Shown here: one piece after another, positions 54,401 through 64,000 of the stretch
How positions within the stretch are numbered: the stretch's first letter is position 1
How the letters are laid out: every line of letters starts with the position of its first letter
Origin: Eledone cirrhosa
Taxonomy: Eukaryota
Length of the DNA: 64,000 bases
Assembly (NCBI GenBank): GCA_964016885.1
Contig: OZ024741.1
Span: forward strand, 40,052,001-40,116,000
Direction of reading: 5' to 3'
Notes under the pieces: generated by a model
Database searches by the model: none
What the model was told of the DNA's origin: nothing
Seen by the model: only the letters and a program-made list of their open reading frames with translations
Made by a program: the position numbers and the translations under genes

Positions 54401-57400
54401 TTGTGTTGATGGTTGTATCCTTGGTGGTGATGTTGATGATGGTTGTGTTGATGGTGGTATCCTTGGTGGTGGTGTTGATGATGGTTGTGTTGATGGTGGT
54501 ATCCTTGGTGGTGTTGTTGATGATGGTTGTGTTAATGGTGGTATCCTTGGTTGTGGTGTTGTTGATGGTTGTGTTGATGGTGGTATCCTTGGTTGTGGTG
54601 TTGATGATGGTTGTGTTGATGGTGGTATCCTTGGTTCTGGTGTTGATGATGGTTGTGTTGATGGTGGTATCCTTGGTGGTGGTGTTGATGATGGTTGTGT
54701 TGATGGTGGTATCCTTGGTTGTGATGTTGTTGGTGGTTGTGTTGATGGTGGTATCCTTGGTGGTGATGTTGATGATGGTTGTGTTGATGGTGGTATCCTT
54801 GGTTGTGGTGTTGATGATGGTTGTGTTGATGGTGGTATCCTTGGTGGTGGTGTTGATGATGGTTGTGTTGATGGTGGTATCCTTGGTGGTGATGTTGATG
54901 ATGGTTGTGTTGATGGTGGTATCCTTGGTTGTGGTGTTGTTGATGCTTGTGTTGATGGTGGTATCCTTGGTTGTGGTGTTGATGATGGTTGTGTTGATGG
55001 TGGTCACCTTGGTGGTGGTGTTGCTGATGGTTGTGTTGATGGTGGTATCCTTGGTTGTGGTGTTGTTGATGGTTGTGTTGATGGTGATATCCTTGGTGGT
55101 GGTGTTGTTGATGGTTGTGTTGATGGTGGTATCCTTGGTGGTGGTGTTGATGATGGTTGTGTTGATGGTGGTATCCTTGGTTGTGGTGTTGTTGATGGTT
55201 GTGTTGATGGTGATATCCTTGGTGGTGGTGTTGTTGATGGTTGTGTTGATGGTGGTATCCTTGGTGGTGGTGTTGTTGATGGTTGTGTTGATGGTGGTAT
55301 CCTTGGTTGTGGTGTTGTTGATGGTTGTGTTGATGGTGATATCCTTGGTGGTGGTGTTGTTGATGGTTGTGTTGATGGTGATATCCTTGGTGGTGGTGTT
55401 GTTGATGGTTGTGTTGATGGTGGTATCCTTGGTTGTGGTGTTGTTGATGGTTGTGTTGATGGTGATATCCTTGGTGGTGGTGTTGTTGATGGTTGTGTTG
55501 ATGGTGGTATCCTTGGTTGTGGTGTTGTTGATGGTTGTGTTGATGGTGATATCCTTGGTGGTGGTGTTGTTGATGGTTGTGTTGATGGTGATATCCTTGG
55601 TGGTGGTGTTGATGATGCTTGTGTTGATGGTGGTATCCTTGGTTGTGGTGTTGATGATGGTTGTGTTGATGGTGGTATCCTTGGTGGTGGTGTTGATGAT
55701 GGTTGTGTTGATGGTGGTCACCTTGGTGGTGGTGTTGATGATGGTTGTGTTGATGGTGGTATCCTTGGTGGTGGTGTTGATGATGCTTGTGTTGATGGTG
55801 GTATCCTTGGTGGTGGTGTTGATGATGGTTGTGTTGATGGTGGTATCCTTGGTGGTGGTGTTGATGATGGTTGTGTTGATGGTGGTATCCTTGGTGATGT
55901 TGATGATGGTTGTGTTGATGGTGGTATCCTTGGTGGTGGTGTTGATGATGGTTGTGTTGATGGTGGTATCCTTGGTGGTGGTGTTGATGATGCTTGTGTT
56001 GATGGTGGTATCCTTGGTGGTGGTGTTGTTGATGGTTGTGTTGATGGTGGTATCCTTGGTGGTGGTGTTGATGATGGTTGTGTTGATGGTGGTATCCTTG
56101 GTGGTGGTGTTGATGATGGTTGTGTTGATGGTGGTATCCTTGGTGGTGGTGTTGATGATGCTTGTGTTGATGGTGGTATCCTTGGTGGTGGTGTTGATGA
56201 TGGTTGTGTTGATGGTGGTATCCTTGGTGGTGGTGTTGATGATGGTTGTGTTGATGGTGGTATCCTTGGTTGTGGTGTTGATGATGGTTGTGTTGATGGT
56301 GGTATCCTTGGTGGTGATGTTGATGATGGTTGTGTTGATGGTGGTATCCTTGGTGGTGGTGTTGATGGTGGTTGTGTTGATGGTGGTATCCTTGGTGGTG
56401 ATGTTGTTGATGGTTGTGTTGATGGTGGTATCCTTGGTTGTGGTGTTGATGATGGTTGTGTTGATGGTGGTATCCTTGGTTGTGGTCTTGATGATGGTTG
56501 TGTTGATGGTGGTATCCTTGGTTGTGATGTTGTTGATGGTTGTGTTGATGGTGGTATCCTTGGTTGTGGTGTTGTTGATGGTTGTGTTGATGGTGGTATC
56601 CTTGGTGGTGATGTTGATGATGGTTGTGTTGATGGTGGTATCCTTGGTTGTGGTGTTGATGATGGTTGTGTTGATGGTGGTATCCTTGGTTGTGGTGTTG
56701 ATGATGGTTGTGTTGATGGTGGTATCCTTGGTTGTGGTGTTGATGATGGTTGTGTTGATGGTGGTATCCTTGGTTGTGGTGTTGATGATGGTTGTGTTGA
56801 TGGTGGTATCCTTGGTGGTGGTGTTGTTGATGGTTGTGTTGATGGTGGTATCCTTGGTTGTGGTGTTGTTGATGGTTGTGTTGATGGTGGTATCCTTGGT
56901 TGTGATGTTGTTGATGGTTGTGTTGATGGTGGTATCCTTGGTTGTGGTGTTGTTGATGGTTGTGTTGATGGTGGTATCCTTGGTGGTGATGTTGATGATG
57001 GTTGTGTTGATGATGGTATCCTTGGTTGTGGTGTTGATGATGGTTGTGTTGATGGTGGTATCCTTGGTGGTGATGTTGATGATGGTTGTGTTGATGGTGG
57101 TATACTTGGTTGTGGTGTTGATGATGGTTGTGTTGATGGTGGTATCCTTGGTGATGTTGATGATGGTTGTGTTGATGGTGGTATCCTTGGTGGTGGTGTT
57201 GATGATGGTTGTGTTGATGGTGGTATCCTTGGTGATGTTGATGATGGTTGTGTTGATGGTGGTATCCTTGGTTGTGGTGTTGTTGATGGTTGTGTTGATG
57301 GTGGTATCCTTGGTGGTGGTGTTGTTGATGGTTGTGTTGATGGTGGTATCCTTGGTGGTGTTGATGATGGTTGTGTTGTTTGTGGTATCCTTGGTGGTGA

Positions 57401-60400
57401 TGTTGATGATGGTTGTGTTGTTGGTGGTATCCTTGGTGGTGGTGTTGATGATGGTTGTGTTGATGGTGGTATCCTTGGTTGTGGTGTTGATGATGGTTGT
57501 GTTGATGGTGGTATCCTTGGTTCTGGTGTTGATGATGGTTGAGTTGATGGTGGTATCCTTGGTGGTGGTGTTGATGATGGTTGTGTTGAGGGTGGTATCC
57601 TTGGTTGTGGTGTTGATGATGGTTGTGTTGATGGTGGTATCCTTGCTGGTGGTGTTGATGATGGTTGTGTTGATGGTGGTATCCTTGGTTGTGGTGTTGA
57701 TGATGGTTGTGTTGATGGTGGTATCCTTGGTGGTGATGTTGATGATGGTTGTGTTGATGGTGGTATCCTTGGTGGTGATGTTGATGATGGTTCTGTTGAT
57801 GGTGGTATCCTTGCTGGTGGTGTTGATGATGGTTGTGTTGATGGTGGTATCCTTGGTGGTGGTGTTGATGATGGTTGTGTTGATGGTGGTATCCTTGGTG
57901 GTGGTGTTGATGATGGTTGTGTTGAGGGTGGTATCCTTGGTTGTGGTGTTGATGATGGTTGTGTTGATGGTGGTATCCTTGGTTCTGGTGTTGATGATGG
58001 TTGAGTTGATGGTGGTATCCTTGGTGGTGGTGTTGATGATGGTTGTGTTGATGGTGGTATCCTTGGTGGTGGTGTTGATGATGGTTGTGTTGAGGGTGGT
58101 ATCCTTGGTTGTGGTGTTGATGATGGTTGTGTTGATGGTGGTATCCTTGGTTCTGGTGTTGATGATGCTTGAGTTGATGGTGGTATCCTTGGTGGTGGGG
58201 TTGATGATGGTTGTGTTGATGGTGGTATCCTTGGTGGTGGGGTTGATGATGGTTGAGTTGATGGTGGTATCCTTGGTTGTGGTGTTGATGATGGTTGAGT
58301 TGATGGTGGTATCCTTGGTTGTGGTGTTGATGATGGTTGAGTTGATGGTGGTATCCTTGGTGGTGGTGTTGATGATGGTTGTGTTGATGGTGGTATCCTT
58401 GGTGGTGGTGTTGATGATGGTTGTGTTGAGGGTGGTATCCTTGGTTGTGGTGTTGATGATGGTTGTGTTGATGGTGGTATCCTTGGTTCTGGTGTTGATG
58501 ATGGTTGAGTTGATGGTGGTATCCTTGGTGGTGGGGTTGATGATGGTTGTGTTGATGGTGGTATCCTTGGTTGTGGTGTTGATGATGGTTGAGTTGATGG
58601 TGGTATCCTTGGTGGTGGTGTTGATGGTGGTTGTGTTGATGGTGGTATCCTTGGTTCTGGTGTTGATGATGGTTGTGTTGATGGTGGTATCCTTGGTTCT
58701 GGTGTTGATGATGGTTGTGTTGATGGTGGTATCCTTGGTTCTGGTGTTGATGATGGTTGTGTTGATGGTGGTATCCTTGGTTCTGGTGTTGATGATGGTT
58801 GTGTTGATGGTGGTATCCTTGGTGATGTTGATGATGGTTGTGTTGATGGTGGTATCCTTGGTGATGTTGATGATGGCTGTGTTAATGGTGGTATCGTTGG
58901 TGGTGGTGTTGATGATGGTTGTGTTGATGGTGGTATCCTTGGTGATGTTGATGATGGTTGTGTTGATGGTGGTATCCTTGGTTGTGGTGTTGTTGATGGT
59001 TGTGTTGATGGTGGTATCCTTGGTTGTGGTGTTGATGATGGTTGTGTTGATGGTGGTATCCTTGGTGATGTTGATGATGGTTGTGTTGATGGTGGTATCC
59101 TTGGTTGTGGTGTTGTTGATGGTTGTGTTGATGGTGGTATCCTTGGTGGTGGTGTTGTTGATGGTTGTGTTGATGGTGGTATCCTTGGTGGTGGTGTTGA
59201 TGATGGTTGTGTTGATGATGGTATCCTTGGTGATGTTGATGATGGTTGTGTTGATGGTGGTATCCTTGGTTGTGGTGTTGTTGATGGTTGTGTTGATGGT
59301 GGTATCCTTGGTGGTGGTGTTGATGATGGTTGTGTTGTTTGTGGTATCCTTGGTGGTGATGTTGATGATGGTTGTGTTGATGGTGGTATCCTTGGTGGTG
59401 GTGTTGTTGATGGTTGTGTTGATGGTGGTATCCTTGGTGGTGGTGTTGATGATGGTTGTGTTGATGGTGGTATCCTTGGTGGTGGTGTTGATGGTGGTTG
59501 TGTGATGGTGGAATCCTTGGTTGTGGTGTTGTTGATGGTTGTGTTGATGGTGGTATCCTTGGTTGTGGTGTTGATGATGGTTGTGTTGATGGTGGTATCC
59601 TTGGTGATGTAGATGATGGTTGTGTTGATGGTGGTATCCTTGGTGATGTTGATGATGGTTGTGTTGATGGTGGTATCCTTGGTTGTGGTGTTGATGATGG
59701 TTGTGTTGATGGTGGTATCCTTGCTGGTGGTGTTGATGATGGTCGTGTTGATGGTGGTATCCTTGGTGGTGGTGTTGATGATGGTTGTGTTGATGGTGGT
59801 ATCCTTGGTTGTGGTGTTGTTGATGGTTGTGTTGATGGTGGTATCCTTGGTGATGTTGATGATGGTTGTGTTGATGGTGGTATCCTTGGTGGTGGTGTTG
59901 TTGATGGTTGTGTTGATGGTGGTATCCTTGGTGGTGGTGTTGATGATGGTTGTGTTGATGGTGGTATCCTTGGTGGTGGTGTTGATGATGGTTGTGTTGA
60001 TGGTGGTATCTTTGGTTGTGGTGTTGTTGATGGTTGTGTTAATGGTGGTATCCTTGGTTGTGTTGTTGATGGTTGTGTTGATGGTGGTATCCTTGGTTCT
60101 GGTGTTGATGATGGTTGTGTTGATGGTGGTATCCTTGGTAGTGGTGTTGTTGATGGTTGTGTTGATGGTGGTATCCTTGGTTCTGGTGTTGATGATGGTT
60201 GTGTTGATGGTGGTATCCTTGGTGGTGGTGTTGATGATGGTTGTGTTGATGGTGGTATCCTTGGTGATGTTGATGATGGTTGTGTTGATGGTGGTATCCT
60301 TGGTTGTGGTGTTGTTGATGGTTGTGTTGATGGTGGTATCCTTGGTGATGTTGATGATGGTTGTGTTGATGGTGGTATCCTTGGTTGTGGTGTTGTTGAT

Positions 60401-63400
60401 GGTTGTGTTGATGGTGGTATCCTTGGTTGTGGTGTTGTTGATGGTTGTGTTGATGGTGGTATCCTTGGTGGTGGTGTTGATGATGGTTGTGTTGATGGTG
60501 GTATCCTTGGTTGTGGTGTTGATGATGGTTGTGTTGTTTGTGGTATCCTTGGTGGTGATGTTGATGATGGTTGTGTTGATGGTGGTGTCCTTGGTTGTGG
60601 TGTTGATGATGGTTGTGTTGTTTGTGGTATCCTTGGTGGTGGTGTTGATGATGGTTGTGTTGATGGTGGTATCCTTGGTGGTGGTGTTGATGATGGTTGT
60701 GTTGATGATGGTATCCTTGGTTGTGGTGTTGATGATGGTTGTGTTGTTGATGATGGTTGTGTTGTTTGTGGTATCCTTGGTGGTGGTGTTGATGATGGTT
60801 GTGTTGATGGTGGTATCCTTGGTGGTGGTGTTGATGATGGCTGTGTTAATGGTGGTATCCTTGGTGGTGGTGTTGATGATGGTTGTGTTGATGGTGGTAT
60901 CCTTGGTGGTGGTGTTGATGATGGTTGTGTTGATGGTGGTATCCTTGGTTGTGGTGTTGATGATGGTTGTGTTGTTTGTGGTATCCTTGGTGGTGGTGTT
61001 GATGATGGTTGTGTTGATGGTGGTATCCTTGGTTGTGGTGTTGATGATGGTTGTGTTGTTTGTGGTATCCTTGGTGGTGGTGTTGATGATGGTTGTGTTG
61101 ATGGTGGTATCCTTGGTGGTGGTGTTGATGATGGCTGTGTTAATGGTGGTATCCTTGGTGGTGGTGTTGATGATGGTTGTGTTGATGGTGGTATCCTTGG
61201 TGGTGGTGTTGATGATGGTTGTGTTGATGGTGGTATCCTTGGTGGTGGTGTTGATGATGGTTGTGTTGATGGTGGTATCCTTGGTGGTGGTGTTGATGAT
61301 GGTTGTGTTGATGGTGGTATCCTTGGTGGTGGTGTTGATGATGGTTGTGTTGATGGTGGTATCCTTGGTGGTGGTGTTGATGATGGTTGTGTTGATGGTG
61401 GTATCCTTGGTGGTGGTGTTGATGATGGTTGTGTTGATGGTGGTATCCTTGGTGGTGGTGTTGATGATGGTTGTGTTGATGGTGGTATCCTTGCTGGTGG
61501 TGTTGATGATGGTTGTGTTGATGATGGTATCCTTGGTTGTGGTGTTGATGATGGTTGTGTTGTTTGTGGTATCCTTGGTGGTGGTGTTGATGATGGTTGT
61601 GTTGATGGTGGTATCCTTGGTGGTGGTGTTGATGATGGTTGTGTTGATGCTGGTATCCTTGGTTGTGGTGTTGATGATGGTTGTGTTGATGGTGGTATCC
61701 TTGGTTGTGGTGTTGATGATGGTTGTGTTGATGGTGGTATCCTTGGTGGTGGTGTTGATGGTGGTTGTGTTGATGGTGGTATCCTTGGTTGTGATGTGAT
61801 GGTTGTGTTGATGGTGGTATCCTTGATTGTGGTGTTGTTGATGGTTGTGTTGATGGTGGTATCCTTGGTTGTGGTGTTGATGATGGTTGTGTTGATGGTG
61901 GTATCCTTGGTGGTGGTGTTGATGATGGTTGTGTTGATGGTGGTATACTTGGTTGTGGTGTTGATGGTGGTTGTGTTGATGGTGGTATCCTTGGTGATGT
62001 TGATGATGGTTGTGTTGATGGTGGTATCCTTGCTGGTGGTGTTGATGATGGTTGTGTTGATGGTGGTATCCTTGGTGGTGGTGTTGATGATGGTTGTGTT
62101 GATGGTGGTATACTTGGTTGTGGTGTTGATGATGGTTGTGTTGATGGTGGTATCCTTGGTGATGTTGATGATGGTTGTGTTGATGGTGGTATCCTTGCTG
62201 GTGGTGTTGATGATGGTTGTGTTGATGGTGGTATCCTTGGTGGTGGTGTTGATGATGGTTGTGTTGATGGTGGTATCATTGGTTGTGGTGTTGTTGATGG
62301 TTGTGTTGATGGTGGTATCGTTGGTGATGTTGATGATGGTTGTGTTGATGGTGGTATCCTTGGTGGTGGTGTTGTTGATGGTTGTGTTGATGGTGGTATC
62401 CTTGGTGGTGGTGTTGATGATGGTTGTGTTGATGGTGGTATCCTTGGTGGTGGCGTTGATGATGGTTGTGTTGATGGTGGTATCCTTGGTGGTGGTGTTG
62501 ATGATGGTTGTGTTGATGCTGGTATCCTTGGTGATGTTGATGATGGTTGTTTTGATGGTGGTATCCTTGGTTGTGGTGTTGTTGATGGTTGTGTTGATGG
62601 TGGTATCCTTGGTTGTGGTGTTGATGATGGTTGTGTTGATGGTGGTATCCTTGGTGGTGGTGTTGATGATGGTTGTGTTGATGGTGGTATCCTTGGTTGT
62701 GGTGTTGTTGATGGTTGTGTTGATGGTGGTATCCTTGGTTGTGGTGTTGTTGATGGTTGTGTTGATGGTGGTATCCTTGGTGGTGGTGTTGATGATTGTT
62801 GTGTTGTTTGTGGTATCCTTGGTGGTGATGTTGATGATGGTTGTGTTGTTGGTGGTATCCTTGGTGGTGGTGTTGATGATGGTTGTGTTGATGGTGGTAT
62901 CCTTGGTGCTGGTGTTGATGATGGTTGTGTTGGTGGTATCCTTGCTGGTGGTGTTGATGATGGTTGTGTTGATGGTGGTATCCTTGGTGGTGGTGTTGAT
63001 GATGGTTGTGTTGATGGTGGTATCCTTGGTGGTGATGTTGATGATGGTTGTGTTGATGGTGGTATGCTTGGTGGTGGTGTTGATGGTGGTTGTGTTGATG
63101 GTGGTATCCTTGGTTGTGGTGTTGTTGATGGTTGTGTTGTTTGTGGTATCCTTGGTGGTGATGTTGATGATGGTTGTGTTGTTGGTGGTATCCTTGGTGG
63201 TGGTGTTGATGATGGTTGTGTTGATGGTGGTATGCTTGGTGGTGGTGTTGATGATGGTTGTGTTGATGGTGGTATCCTTGGTTGTGGTGTTGTTGATGGT
63301 TGTGTTGTTTGTGGTATCCTTGGTGGTGATGTTGATGATGGTTGTGTTGTTGGTGGTATCCTTGGTGGTGGTGTTGATGATGGTTGTGTTGATGGTGGTA

Positions 63401-64000
63401 TCCTTGGTGGTGGTGTTGATGATGGTTGTGTTGATGGTGGTATCCTTGCTGGTGGTGTTGATGATGGTTGTGTTGATGGTGGTATCCTTGGTGGTGGTGT
63501 TGATGATGGTGTGTTGATGATGGTATCCTTGGTGGTGGTGTTGATGATGGTTGTGTTGTTGGTGGTATCCTTGGTGGTGGTGTTGATGATGGTTGTGTTG
63601 ATGGTGGTATCCTTGGTGGTGGTGTTGATGATGGTTGTGTTGATGGTGGTATCCTTGGTGGTGGTGTTGATGATGGTGTGTTGATGGTGGTATCCTTGGT
63701 GGTGGTGTTGATGATGGTTGTGTTGATGGTGGTATCCTTGCTGGTGGTGTTGATGATGGTTGTGTTGATGGTGGTATCCTTGGTGGTGGTGTTGATGATG
63801 GTGTGTTGATGATGGTATCCTTGGTGGTGGTGTTGATGATGGTTGTGTTGTTTGTGGTATCCTTGGTGGTGATGTTGATGATGGTTGTGTTGTTGGTGGT
63901 ATCCTTGGTGGTGGTGTTGATGATGGTTGTGTTGATGGTGGTATCCTTGGTTGTGGTGTTGATGATGGTTGTGTTGAGGGTGGTATCCTTGGTTGTGGTG
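42430..64000. repeat. >21 kb tandem array of a 42-bp unit (gttgatggtggtatccttggtggtggtgttgatgatggttgt) with 39-bp variants; possibly a decayed mucin-like coding repeat (RIPPSTQPSSTPPP)n on the minus strand
   Basis: Continuous to the window end. Most length variants remove 3 bp. About 7 frameshifts. In-frame stops occur in all three minus frames. Confidence 0.95.

Noticed and set aside
43128-57542. 4804-aa plus-strand Gly/Asp/Cys ORF and Val/Met-rich ORFs as real genes
   Set aside because: The unit has no stop in these frames by composition. No signal peptide or unique domain, and the frame ends in a cluster of TGA variants.
61140-62279. His-rich frame as a squid-beak-type histidine-rich protein
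   Set aside because: The frame is broken repeatedly by TAA (gttaatgg variants) and lacks GHG-type motifs.

Overview
AT-rich, repeat-dominated animal genomic DNA; the SINE family and the density of (TA)n/(CA)n microsatellites suggest an octopus or other cephalopod (inference). Most ORF-track entries are microsatellite or satellite artefacts. Two tandem arrays fill about 60% of the window: a ~16 kb 24/28-bp minisatellite with higher-order structure (3570-19570) and a >21 kb 42-bp triplet-based array (42430-64000, runs off the end) that reads as a Pro/Ser/Thr mucin-like repeat on the minus strand but has stops and frameshifts. Between them are truncated LINE fragments (CR1/L2-like, RTE, CRE), tRNA-derived SINEs, a 468-bp tandem array of a TIR element, and a candidate signal-peptide exon of a minus-strand host gene. 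The most interesting signal is a set of short elements inserted in (TA)n tracts that carry minimal type I hammerhead ribozymes: six unrelated sequence types, one with a compensatory U3-A8 core. Several of these elements are near-perfect fold-back palindromes, two of which put a ribozyme on each strand. They are most likely Penelope-like element (PLE) pLTR derivatives. All structures were folded by eye and no database search was run.
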